64,000 nt of DNA, taken from NCBI RefSeq assembly GCF_963921235.1, contig NC_086097.1:23872001-23936000 (forward strand). The letters are read 5' to 3'. The notes below the pieces were generated by a model, which saw only the letters and a list, made by a program, of their open reading frames with translations, was not told where the DNA came from and made no database searches. Shown here in pieces: positions 1 to 12,100 of the stretch. The DNA is from Mobula hypostoma. Lineage: Eukaryota. The position numbers were made by a program, and so were the translations under genes. The stretch's first letter is position 1, and each line of letters begins with the position of its first letter.

Positions 1-175
1 CCCCTCGCTCAGAGTGATTGTACTTACCCCTCGCTCAGAGTGATTGTACCTACCCCTCGCTCAGGGTGATTGTACCTACCCCTCGCTCAGAGTGATTGTA
101 CCTACCTCTCGCTCAGTGTGATTGTACCTACCTCTCGCTCAGAGTGGTTGTACTTACCTCTCACTCAGAGTGATT
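1..175. repeat. Minisatellite, 26-bp unit (cccctcgctcagagtgattgtacyta), ~6.7 copies, starts at the window edge
   Basis: Unit recurs at 1, 27, 53, 79, 105, 131 and 157 with few substitutions. Confidence 0.95.
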
Positions 176-924
176 ATTTCTGGTTATGCGAAATGTCTTG
201 GTTCACTTAGTCATTTGTACTGCTTTTCAGTGATTGAGCTGATGGTAGCACAATCCATGATATGTTTTCCTTGTGTATTATGCGTAAAAGAAATAGGTAC
301 TGGAGCCTGAAGTGGAATTTTCATAAAGCTCTTGAATAACCATCAGAATATCAGAAGAGCGAATCCAAAGACCACTTATATGTTAATGCATTTAAGATCC
401 TCTAAGACTGTAAGGTAACGTTGAATCAGCATTAATTAAATATTTATTGCATTCTTCGAGTAGCTTATGGCAGAGATCACTGATGTGTAGACAGAGCCCC
501 ATTCAAGTGAAGGACTGCCTTCCTGTGGAAAAATAACTACAGGCAAGTGTTTCAATTGTTTCACTTTAAAATAGCATTAGAAGCATTGAAAGAGCAGTTA
601 ATGATATTGTTAATTAAATTTAAGTTATTAAAAATAATTATTCTGAATTATTTATCAATTTGAATAATTTTTGATTGCCTCTGAATATCAGAGACAATTA
701 AAAACAGTTTAAAAACAGTTCAAAGTTCTTTTACAGCTGGCAAGCTCAGAATTGTGGGATTGGGGCCTCAGCGTGAACAGCAGGCGTTCTCCTACCCACA
801 TAGTTCCTTCTTGCAGGTGGCTGTCAGGTGCAGCTCTGTTGTCTGTGTTCAGCGACTGGTCACTGAGAATTGGTTTATCATTGTCATCCACATAAAGGTA
901 CAGTGAATATCTTAACACAATAGA

Positions 925-1052
925 TTCTGCTGATGCTAGAAATCGAGAGTAATATTCACACAAAATTCTGGAGGAACTCAGCAGGTCAGCTGGAGTCTAT
1001 GGAGAGGAATAAACAGTCGACGTTTCTGGCTGAAACTCTTCATCAGGACTGG
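925..1052 (-). mobile_element. Penelope-like pseudo-LTR-derived short repeat carrying a hammerhead ribozyme core
   Basis: Minus strand reads CAGTC-CTGATGA-agagtttcagcca-GAAA-CGTC-GACTG, then the family motif ctgacctgctgagttcctccag; homologous to copies at ~1.8, 10.5, 17.5, 21.6, 22.1 and 35.3 kb. Confidence 0.75.
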
Positions 1053-1069
1053 ATATGGTCTGATCAGCA

Positions 1070-1187
1070 GCTGAACCTCTTGACCATGTTGGTATGCTTT
1101 TATGCATTGAGTTGCCTGCACATGATTGGCTGATTGCATTAATGAGCCAGTGTAGAGGTGTACCTAACAAAGTGGCCACTGAGTGTA
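1070..1187. mobile_element. End of a non-autonomous Tc1/mariner element
   Basis: Ends gtgtacctaacaaagtggccactgagtg-TA, the reverse complement of the TIR TA-cactcagtggccac at 56881; similar ends at ~2060-2135 and ~52800-52862. Confidence 0.75.
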
Positions 1188-2495
1188 TATTGATTATAAC
1201 AATGTCTTTATTCTGTGAAGTGCTTGACTCTTCACCTAGATGTGCTGAAAGAAATCTGCATTGAGAATGAGCTATGCTTTGCTTCATATATTTTCGCTGC
1301 AGGATCTGTGCATCTTGCTGAGCGAGCATGTCGGAAATCTTAGGTAAATATGTTGATGGCCTGTACTGGAGTCAACCTTTTGCTCCTATCGCTTATATTT
1401 TTCTGTCAGGAAATTGAAACTTGCATGAATATTTATGCTGAGTATCACAGGCTGCTCAACTGTTGGAATTTATATGCTAAACAGAATCATTATAATATTA
1501 TTTTTTTCCAACAGGAGGTTTGTTGTTAACACAAATCAGAGCAAAACATGTTTTTATTTTGATTCTTGTGGGCTCTTTCCATTGTCGTGTGATTGAGCAG
1601 ATGTTTCCGATACTTCATGGGGCTTAGCCTAAATTGTCCTCATTGGTCTGTGGTGTTGCAATGTTCCAAATTAAGGTTCAAATATACACCAATCAGAAGA
1701 AGAGTGGCTGGTAATTTACCCTATAGGTGTGAAATACTGGGGCACATCTCCTTTTGGCCAGAAATGGATTACCACCCAGAAACATGAGAAAGTCCTGAAG
1801 ATGCTGGAAATCTAAAGCAACACACAAAAAAATGCTGGAGGCACTAAGCAGGTCAGGCAGCATCTACGGAAATGAATAAACAGTCGATATTTCTGGCTGA
1901 GACCCTTCAGTCCCGAAGGATTTCCATGGATTACCACCTGACCATGCCTCCCACTGATAATTCCACCCAGCTCAATGATGAGCCACATTTGAACAGTGCA
2001 GTGTACCAGGATGCGGATTAGGGTAGTGAACAGTGTCAGGGTTTAGACTGGTGACAGATTTAATACCATGTGATTGGCTGATTAGATATTCACATTATCA
2101 AGCAGGTGTACCTAATAAGGTGCTCATTGAGTGTATTTGAGAAAGAAGTGATCTAAAGCAAATCTAGTGACACATGCTGACAGTGGATCAGAGAACGTGG
2201 AACAATACAGCATAGTACCAGCCCATGATGTTGTGTCAGACCGTTAGACATTTTAACTGTGGATGACCTGACTACTGGAAAGGTCACTCTTCTTGTACGC
2301 TGACAGAAAGATGTTTTTGATATTTATATGATTATTGGACTGTACTTCATATTGGTCTCCTTCAGTTTTTTTCTTGGTGTTTTCTTTCTTGTGACCAGCT
2401 GGCAGGTGTGTGATCTGTTAATTTTTTGTGTGTGAGAAGGGTGATTGGCAGTTTTGTTGCTTTTGTTGCTGTTCTTCTCTGTGAGCAAGGAGGTC

Positions 2496-2870
2496 GGGGA
2501 TTTGATGCTATTGACACTGTTCTTCTGCGAGGAGGGGGAATGGGGATTTGATGCTATTGACACTTCTTCTGCAGGGAGGGGGAATGGGGATTTGATGCTA
2601 TTGTCACTTCTTCTGCAGGGAGGGGGAATGGGGATTTGATGCTATTGACACTGTTCTTCTGTGAGGAGGGGGAATGGGGATTTGATGCTATTGTCACTTC
2701 TTCTGCAGGGAGGGGGAATGGGGATTTGATGCTATTGACATTATTCTTCCGCGAGGAGGGCGAATGGGGATTTGATGCTATTGTCACTGTTCTTCTGCGG
2801 GGAGGGGGAATGGGGATTTGATGTTATTGTTACTGTTTTTCTTCAGGGAGGGGGGATAGGGATTTGATGT
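2496..2870. repeat. G-rich minisatellite of mixed 44/46-bp units (~9 copies) inside a retroposon 3' region
   Basis: tttgatg anchor at 2501, 2547, 2591, 2635, 2681, 2725, 2771, 2817 and 2863; the surrounding ~2270-3080 ends in a LINE-type 3' tail. Confidence 0.92.
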
Positions 2871-3409
2871 TTTTTTTCTGAAAGGGAGGAGGAAGGGTTT
2901 TGAGGTGTGTGAGATTAGGTTCTTCTTTTTTGTGCTGGGGGAGGGGTGTTGATGTCTTTTCTTTCAACAATGCCCATGGTCTTTCTCTATTTCATGGCTA
3001 TCTGGACAAGATGAATATCAGAGTTGTATTGTACATGCACACTTTGACAATACAATGAACCTTTTAAATCTTTGAACCTTTGTACTATTAAATAGAGGGA
3101 GATGAACGACAGAGAAATAAATGCTGGAATTTTGAATTCGAAACAATATAAATGCAGGAAATCTGAAGTAACAGGAAAGGTTGAAACTACCTTGCTAATC
3201 ATAGAGCACTGCAGCACAGAAACAGACCTGTTTTTCTATCAGATCTATTCCAAACTATACAGATGCAACACATACAGAATGCTGGACCTTTGGAGAGCAG
3301 TAGCACATTTGGAGAGACAAAGGAGATACGAAGATAAAAACATGGAAAATGCTGCTGACATTCAGCAGGTCAGGAAGCATTTTTGCAAAAACTGAAACAG
3401 AGTTCCAAA

Positions 3410-3945
3410 TTGAATTGAATTGAATTGAATGATCTTTATTGTCGTTATACATAGGTACAATGAAACTCTGTTTGGCTTCCTCTTAGGCAATTAAATAAAG
3501 CGGTAGATTAAAAGCAAGACAGTAATAGAAAAACGGTATTAAATAGATAAGTAGCAGAAAATAAGTTGCAGCAGCACCAGAATATCACAGAAATGCACAA
3601 AGTGCCGTTAGTGCAGGTATTTGAGTCCACGTGTGTGCTCACAGTTTCAGTCATTGTTCTGTGGGAGTGGTGTGATGGAGGCCACAGCTCTGGGATAGAA
3701 GCTGATCCTCAGTCTATTTGTTCTGGCTTTTAGTGTCCTGAACCTTTTGCTGGATGGCAGCAGGTCAAACAGGGAGTGGCCGGGGTGTGTGGTGTCTCTG
3801 ATTGTGCTGATTGCTTTCCTCCTGAGTCTGCTGGAATAGATGGTGTCCAGTCCTGGGAGCTCCATCCTGACAATTCTCTGGGCCGCCCTCACCACGTGAT
3901 GCAGGTCTTGTCGCTCAGCAGCTGTGCAGCTGGCATACCACATTG
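3410..3945 (-). mobile_element. Rex1/Babar LINE 3' fragment
   Basis: Minus ORF WYASCTAAERQDL...IRDTTHPGHSLFDLLPSSKRFRTLKARTNRLRISFYPRAV; short (ATTGA)n tail at 3409-3431. Confidence 0.88.
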
Positions 3946-4349
3946 TGGCGCTGTTGGTCAGAATGGTTTCATGCTTCAAGTTCCAAGTCCTCGATCGAAA
4001 CTGTGAATGAGAGAAATCAAAATAGAGAAGGGGAGGGAGGGATGGGTAGTACAAAGGGAATACCTCTGGGAGGGTGAGACTTAATGAGGGAATGTGGCAA
4101 TGTGGCAGTTTAAATCATAGCTCTCCATTTATATGGAACACAGAAAGAGCTGGAGGAACTCAGCAGGTCTGGCTACTTCTGTGCAGGGAAATGGAAAGTC
4201 ATCATTTGCAGGCAAGACCCTTCATATGGATGATGCCCCAGACTGCATCAGCACATAACACAAACAAAGAAGTATTATCTGGTTTTACTGCTGCCTTAAT
4301 TTACTTTGTCTCAGCCTATCAAAGATGTTTCCTTTTGCTCTATTAGAAG

Positions 4350-4950
4350 CCCACTAAGATCAGCTTGTACCAAGCTGTTGTCCTCACAAGCATCCAGTGT
4401 CGCTGTGAAATTTGGACCGTATACAAAACGCAACTCAGACTGCTGGAACACTTCCACATACTTCCACATGAGATCTGCTGACATGACTGTACCACAAACC
4501 TGGAAGTCCTTAATAAGGCAAAGGCAAATTGTATAGAAGCCATGATTCTGAAAGCACCTCTTCTTTGGACCAGATATGTTATACAAGTGGAGGATTCCAG
4601 ACTCCCGAAGCAGCTGCTCTCTGGTCAGTTATCACAGGGCAGCAGAGGTATAAGGACTATGTTAAAGCCAGCGTTGCTTATAGTGGACCTGCTCCCCAGC
4701 ACCTGGAACATAGGGCGTAAGACAGAGTAGGTTGGCGTGCCTTGGTTAAACGTGCTCGCAGCAACTTAGAAGAGAGAAGACTTGGAGACTGCCCAACAGA
4801 AGAAGAAAGCAGCAGCAGCGGCCTACTGTGCCTGTGGAATCAGGACACTGTGAGTGTCCATGCCATTCAAGAATTGGCCTCTACTGTCACCTCCAAACAC
4901 ACATCAGATGAGCTGCACAAACACAATCGTATTCATCAAAATTGACGGAC
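4350..4950 (+). mobile_element. RTE-clade LINE 3' ORF fragment, degenerate
   Basis: Translated pieces such as LLWTRYVIQVEDSRLPKQLLSGQLSQG match the RTE post-RT motif LRWxGHVxRMxxxRLPKQLLYGEL. Confidence 0.8.
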
Positions 4951-5454
4951 TACCAATACTCACCTTCTCTACCACTGATAGCTTGTTTTGTCTTCTCTCT
5001 CTTCTCCAGTTAAGATCATTCGAATATAATGACATTGGAGTAGAATTAGGCCATTCAGCCCATCGAATCTGTTCCACCATTCCATCATGGCTGATTTATT
5101 ATCCTATTATCCCTCTCAACCCTATTCTCTAGCCTTCTCCTCCTCACACATTTGAACTCCAGTGACTACAGGCCCAGAGCCATCAAACACTCCTCAGTTC
5201 TGACAAGTTTCCTACCTGAAATGTTAACAGTTCCCCTTTGTTAAGATGCTGCCTCACCTACTGAGTATTTCCAGCTTTCTGGTTCAGTCTCAGATTTCCA
5301 GCAACTGCAATATGATTAGTTTTATTTTCATTTAGGATAAAGTATCTAAAGGAGAAAAGAAGAGGTTTGCAGTCAGAGCTTCAAACCTGGGCGACAGAGC
5401 AGTGAATGGTAGAATGAATAAATAAAGGAGTACGAGAAGGATGAATTGAAATTG

Positions 5455-6110
5455 CACCCAGAAGTGGAAAGAGAGAGCAATTTCATTTCCTGAGTGTCAA
5501 CATCTCTCAGGATCTATCCTAGGCCCAACATATCGATGCAGCTGCAAAGAAGGCACAACAACGGCTATATTTCATTAGGAGTTTAAGGAAATTTGATATG
5601 ACACCAACAACACTCGGACAGATGTACCATTACTGTCTGCTATGTAGTGGGGGAGGGGGTTGGTTACTGTACAGGATTGAAATAAGCTGCAGTGAGTTGT
5701 AATTCAGCTCCATCATGAGTACTAGCCTTTGTAGTGTCTAAGACGTCTTCAAGGAGCAGTGCCTCAAAAAGGCAGTACCAGTCATTAACGACTTCCATCA
5801 CCTAGAACATGCCTTGTTCTCATTGCTACCATCTAGACAGAGGTACAGGAGCCTGAAGGCACACACACAGTGTTTTAGAAACAGCTTCTTTCCCTCTGCC
5901 ATCCGATTTCTGAATGGATGTTGAAGCTATGAACACTGCCTCACCACTTTTTTATTTTTATTTTTTGCACTGCTTATTTAATTTAACTATTTAATATACA
6001 TACTTACTGTAATACACCATTTTTGTTATGTATTACATTGTATTGCTGCGCAAAGACAAAGCATTTCACAACATTTGCCAGTGATATTAAACCTGATTCT
6101 GATTCTGGGT
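5455..6110 (+). mobile_element. Rex1/Babar LINE 3' fragment with 3' UTR
   Basis: FHFLSVNIS...AAAKKAQQRLYFIRSLRKF...HP*HALFSLLPSRQRYRSL; 3' end gatattaaacctgattctgattct. Confidence 0.85.
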
Positions 6111-6973
6111 CTGAACTCCCAGGGCTGGAAGAGATTACAGAGATGAGGAGAAGCTGACAATCATCATTTTGGAACAATTCCAGCCCTTCCCTTTCAGCCA
6201 GCCTCTGACTAATTGATGCTGCCTCCCTATCGTAGGTAAAACGTGACATCATGGATAAACCCTCCTTTCATAACCATGATTTCAGAAAGGTTTTCAGCTG
6301 ATGTACTATCTGGCATTAGTAGGATACAAAGAATTAACTTTGGAGCTTTGTGTTACAAGATTTCGGGAACATCAAACAAACAAAGACAAATTCTGCTGCT
6401 ACGAGTATACTGTGAAGGGAGAAGCAGACAAGCAATTACTTAATTATGTGACTAATGAGGGAAGTTGATGAGAATTGTGGACCATTTTTTTTACATTAAC
6501 TTCACTTTTATGACACCTAATTGATAACTCCACCTGCACACACATGCCATAAACAGAAAGAATATATATTTTCTGACTTTGTACGTCATGCTCCTGGAGG
6601 GAGAGAACGAGTAAATAAATAGATACTTGAGCATAGGCAGAAATAAATAAGAGATGCACAATAAAATATGTATTTTGGAAATCATAATTTTTTCATCATC
6701 CCTATCAGAAAAGTCTATTTGTATTCCCAAGGACCTTCGTTCAGTAAATATAAAGATGGTAGATATTGAAATATCAACACCTTATTTTTTGCACAGTTTC
6801 CTTTATTTTATTAACCCCAAACTTCATTTATGTCATCATGCCCTAAAGGCAATCATCAGATTCATGCAAATGTTGATGCTTTCTTCTGCAAACTGATTTC
6901 TTTTTTGTGTGTATGTTTACTGTCCCCCTTTTTCCTTGATACTTATTCATTTTAAATAAATAAAGCTACATAT

Positions 6974-7400
6974 ATACTCAGCGGCCAGTTTATTAGGCAA
7001 CCTGCATACTTGATTTTTATTGCCAATTTATTATCAGCCAATCACATTGCAGCAACTCGGTACATGAAGGCATGTAGCCGTGGTCAAGAGGTTAATTTGT
7101 TGTTCAGACCAAATTCCAGAACGGGGAAGAAATGTGATCTGAGTGATGTTGACATGGAATGATTGTTTGTGCCAGCTGAGGTGATTTGAGTATCTTTAAA
7201 ATGCTGGTCTCCTGGGATTTTCATACCCAGCAGTCTCTAGAATTTACAGAGAATGGAGTGAAAAAAAGAAGAACATCCAGTGAGTGTTAGCCCTGTGGGT
7301 GAAAACAGCTTCTTAATGCAAGAGGGCTGAGGAGAATGTCCAGACTGGTTCTAGCTGACAAGGAACTCAAATAACCACACACTACAAAAGTGGTGTGTAG
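6974..7400 (+). mobile_element. Non-autonomous Tc1/mariner element (TIR plus N-terminal HTH remnant)
   Basis: Starts TA-tactcagcggccagtttattagg; encodes degenerate LLFRPN...GKKCDLSD as at 56.9 and 59.5 kb. Confidence 0.82.
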
Positions 7401-7650
7401 CCCACTCTCTCACCACCCTCAGAACGAAGAAGTTCCCACTCAGATTCCCCTTAAGTATTTCACCTTACTCCCTTAACCTATGACCACTACTTCTAGTCTC
7501 ACATAACCTTATTTACCCTATCTACAGTATATTCCTCATAATTTTGTATACCTCTATCAAATCTCCCATCATTCTCCTACGCACCAGGGAAAAGCATCCC
7601 AAACTCTTCAACCTTTCCCTGTAATTCAGGTCCTCAAATCCCAGCAAAAG
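7400..7650 (-). mobile_element. CR1 LINE 3' ORF2 fragment
   Basis: Reverse complement matches the CR1 C-terminus (LFSL..RR.RGDLIEVYKI..., TRGH.L.V.G..F). Confidence 0.7.
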
Positions 7651-8679
7651 AAAATGTGTCAATTTTATATACGTAATCTTCAGATTGCAGCTGCTGAATT
7701 TATCAAAACCGTCAGTTTGAGATACTTGGCACTTAATTCCTTGCAGATGTTTTACAATGTGCTTCCTGCTTCACCATTCTCTCTCTCTCCCGCATAGATT
7801 CCTTTTTAATTATCTCCTGATTTAATTGTTATTTTCAGCCTTGTGTGCAGTTAACTTGAGCTCATCCTCTTCTGAACATCTTACCGTTCACAGGACTATC
7901 CCAAGTCCGCAACAGAATGAATGAATGAGACATGAGAGAGGCATTAGCTCTCCAATCATGTTCCGGATTAGTGCAGTAAATGGTAACCTCCATCTTCTCT
8001 ATTATTCAGAGCGCACTTCACTTTCTTCATTCTATTCCTTTTGATGTGCTCTGCAAGCACAGATATTTCAACTTGAAATACCTGACGTAATCCAAGCACA
8101 AGGGTTAAAGGCAGAATTAAAGACCCATTTGAATTTACTGGGCCCTCTTTGTATCAGAAATTCAGATTCAGAATAAAAGCCAGGAATTCAATTTCACATC
8201 TCCCTAGCTCAAAATGGCATTTATTTTTTAGTGTGGTCATTTAGGAAGGATTTCACAGTACTAAGCAAGCACTTAGATAGGTTTCCTCCTTTTGACACAA
8301 ACAAAGACCATGAGGAGATTGAGAAAAGGTATACTTGGCTCAGACCCTGTGCAGCACTGATTAACTAGATTAACAATCTCCGACTCCAGGCACAGACCTT
8401 TCTTTGGTTTTGTTTCATTGTTGTCACATGGACCAAGATAAAGTGAAAAGCTTGTCCTGCAGATTAATACGTGATTTGTTTATACAGATTATTTCATGAC
8501 ACAATGTGTTGTGCTAGAATAAGGTGAAACAACAATAAGCTATGAAAAAGTGCTGTGCAGGGAAACAATAAAGTGTAAGATCATGAGGTAGATTGTGAGG
8601 TCAAGAGTCCATCTTATTGTACAAGAGGCTTGTTTTAAAGGCTGATAACAGCAGGGAAGAAGCTGCCCTTAAGTGGTAC

Positions 8680-9070
8680 GCATTGGCATTTAGAAGAATG
8701 AGGGGGATCTCATTGAACTCTATCAAATATTGAAAGCCCAAGATAGAATGAATGTGGAGAGAATGTTTCCTATAATAGGGTAATCTAGGACTACAGGATA
8801 CAGCCTCAGAACAGAGCAGAGATGAGGAGGAATTTCTATAGCCAGAGGATTGTGAATCTGCGGAATTCGTTGCCACTGACGGATTTGGAGACAAAGTCAT
8901 TAGGTATATTTAAAGTGAAGGTTGATAGATTCTTGATTAGTAAGGCTGTCAAAGGTTACTGGGAGAAGGCAGGAAAATGGGGTTGAGGGGGATAATAAAC
9001 AGCCATGGTGGAATGGTGAGGCAGACTTGAAGGGAAAATGGTCTACTTCTGCTTCTATGTTTTATGGTCT
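8680..9070 (+). mobile_element. CR1 LINE 3' end inserted into a minus-strand Rex1 fragment (8400-9220)
   Basis: FRRMRGDLIELYQILK...RNFYSQRIVNLRNSLP plus CR1 3' UTR; Rex1 sequence resumes at ~9072. Confidence 0.82.
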
Positions 9071-9379
9071 TAAGGTGCTTTCAGGCTTTTGTATTTTCTG
9101 CCCAAAGGGAGAGAAGAGAAGAGAGAATATCTGGGGTGGGTGAGGTCTTTGCTTAAGCTGGCTGCTTTGCTAAGGCAGCGAGAAGATTAGACAGTTCAGG
9201 GAAGGGAGGTCAGGTTCTCTGAGGGACACACAGTGATAGGAAGAATGACCGGGGAAGGATTTGATGGTGAGGGTTGGGACACAGGCAGCAAAGTTGCTGA
9301 AGGGTGAATCTATTAGCAGGAACCTTTTTAAGGAAATTGCAGAGATGAGCTTACTTTTATTTTTAATTGTTTCATGGTT

Positions 9380-9800
9380 ATTTAATTGTTTAATGTCATT
9401 TCTTGTAATTGTTTAACAATTAGAACAATAGTTACTCTGAATCTGATGCAGCACAAAAGAAATACACAGTAAGATAAAGAACACAAATAATAAAAACACA
9501 ATAAATATAAATACATAAGGTAGCTTATACACATAGATTGATTGTATGTACATAAAGTGATGCTGGTACATTTGGTGACTGACAGGAAATTATAAAATAA
9601 TCGTGGTTTGGGGTGTACAGAGGTGGATTGGTGGGCAGATGTGTTGATCAGCCTTACTACTTGGGGAAAGTTACTGCTTTTGCATCTGGTTATCTTGGCA
9701 TGGACACTACATAGCCTCCTCCCCGATGTGTGTGGAACAAACAGTTTATTAGTAGGGTGGGTGGGATCATTCATAATGTTACTGGCCCTCTGTATATATG
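9380..9800 (-). mobile_element. Rex1/Babar LINE 3' fragment
   Basis: ASNIMNDPTHPTNKLFVPHTSGRRLCSVHAKITRCKSSNFPQVVRLIN. Confidence 0.8.
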
Positions 9801-11359
9801 TAGCCCAGGCTGAAATCATCAAAGTCAAGATGTGAAGTGAATCAGATTATTATCGCTGACATATTTGTAAGGAGTTTGTATGTACTCCCTGTGACCCTGT
9901 GATTTCCTCCGGGTACTCTGGTTTCCTCCCACATTCCAAAGACGTACAGGTGCGTTGACCAATTAGCCATATGGATATAATTGGGTGGTGTGTGCTCGTG
10001 GGCGGAATGATCTGTTGCTATGCTGTATCTCTAAGTAATAAAAATCAAAATGGTTTTGTGTTTAAAGGGTGCAAACCTGCATTGGGATTGCATTTCCTTG
10101 GATAAACTCAGTTGTTTTACAGACAGGTATAGACACATTGAAGAGGTGAATTCTTAGTTTGTTCAGAAATCTGGCTTGTATCATGCTATGAGTTATTATT
10201 TATAATTTATCTGAATACATTAAAACCAGTGAATGAGATACAATATTAGATATGTGCAGGTGGTGGGAGATGGAGGGATAGAAAATAAAGCAGAAATCAC
10301 TTAACTTGGTAACAGTAAATCAGTGCTTTCTCATACCAGTAGTTAATATTCCCAGTGCCTTTAATGCAGTAATATGTCCCAAGATGCTTCACAGAATGTC
10401 AGCAAGCAAAATCAAAACAGCTACTGTGGAAAGTATAGAGATCGATGGTCGTAGAGAGACAATGAGGTTTAGAGAAGTTATTCTGAAGCTTAAGCAACAG
10501 AGAATTAATGAAAACCTTAAAAAATGCTGGAAGAAGGGTCTTGGCCCAAAACATCAAATGTTTATTCTTTGCCATAGATACTGCCTGACCTGCTGAGTTC
10601 CTCCAGCATTTCATGTGAAGTGCTGGAAGAACTCAGTAGATCTGGCAGCATCCAATGGGAATGTCATCGGAGGTAAAGATGCCCAAGAGGCCAGATTTAA
10701 TTTGGAAACTATGGGATGTGGTTGTAGAAATCAAGGAAAAGGCCATTGAGAGAAAGTGAGGTGCAAAAGATGTTGCAGGTACCGGAAATCATGAGCAACA
10801 CTCACAAACTCAACAGGTCAGACAGCATCTATGGAGGGAAGTTAACAGTCATTGTTTTGGATCGAGACCTTCCATCAGAACATTTCCTACCACAGATACT
10901 GCCTGACCTGTTGTGTGTGTTGCTTAAGAGAAGGTGAGAGTGCTTGCTGGACTACACTGGTTCCATTCCCTAGAATCCTTCTAAATTTATTATTATAGGG
11001 GATTCTGGGGCTGGAGTCTATGTAGTCCAGCAAAAACTGTCAGAGTTGTGAGCATGTCAATGCAAGTTGTAATATGGACAGCAGAAATTTGGATGAGGCC
11101 TGGTTTGGAGGGGATATAATTCGGGGTGGACATGGGTAAACAGGAATAATTGAATTTGGATACGATAAGGGCTTGAAGTCAAAACTGGTGGCCTGTAAGC
11201 AAATAGGAGACCCCAACTTAGCCACTTATGTCCGATTCACTGACCCACAAACAGCACAGTGATGGATAAGTTGCTGGGTGAGCATGTATAAGTCTTGGTA
11301 GTTGACCTGGAGTCAAGAAATCAAATCCCACCACAGGAGCTGGGGAATTTAAGTTCAAA

Positions 11360-12100
11360 AAGGGCTGCACATAACTTACAGTCATTATAACACCAGAGAC
11401 CCGGGTTGAAGTCCCATTGCTGTAGTGAATACCTCACTACTTTTTATTTCTATTTTTCCACTACTAATTTAATTTAACTATTTAAAATATATATTTACTG
11501 TAATTCATGTTTTTTTTCTATTATGTATTGCATTGTATGTGTGGCGCATGGCCAAATAGTTAGGGCATTGGACTAGCGATCTGAAGGTCGTGGGTTCGAG
11601 CCTCGGCCAAGGCAGCGTGTGTGTCCTTGAGCAAGACACTTAACCACAAAATGCTCCAGTCTACCCAGCAGAGAATGGGTACCGGCAAAAACGCTGGAGG
11701 TTAACCTCACGATAGACTGGCATCCTATCCGGGGTGGCGGGGTGGGGGGGGAGTCTCGTACTCACAGTCGCTTCACGCCACAGAAAACGGCATAAGCACC
11801 AGCCTGATGAGCCACAAGGCTCGTGACAGACTTTAATCTTTAATCTAATTGCATTGTATTGCTGTTGCCAAGGGCAACAAATTTCATGACATATGCCGTT
11901 GATATTAAACCTGATTCTAATTCTGAAGGAGTTTGTATGTTCTTCCCGTGATCATGTGAGCTTCCTCCGGGTGCTTCAGTTTCCTTCCATATTCCAAAGA
12001 GATACGGGTTTGTAGGATAATTAGTCATGTGGGTGAATTTCGAAGGCATAGGCTCTTTGGGCCAGAATGGCCAGTTATCGTGCAGTATCTCTTAAGTAAA
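11360..12100 (+). mobile_element. V-SINE-like tRNA-derived SINE interrupted by a Rex1 3'-UTR fragment (~11422-11925)
   Basis: Head at 11360-11421; body resumes at ~11925 with aggagtttgtatgttcttcccgtg...cttcctccgggtgcttcagtttccttccatattccaaag. Confidence 0.72.
11539..11847 (+). mobile_element. Complete tRNA-derived SINE with CORE-like domain
   Basis: A box tggccaaatagttagg, B box ggttcgagcc, core gtgtccttgagcaagacacttaacc, (ctttaat)n tail; 12-bp TSD attgcattgtat at 11527-11538 and 11848-11859. Confidence 0.9.

Noticed and set aside
2496..2870. Regularly spaced repeats as a CRISPR array
   Set aside because: The whole unit repeats with no unique spacers, there are no cas genes, and the context is eukaryotic
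11539..11615. tRNA-like heads (also 46078 and 51395) as tRNA genes
   Set aside because: They continue into SINE bodies and are flanked by TSDs; no complete cloverleaf or terminator
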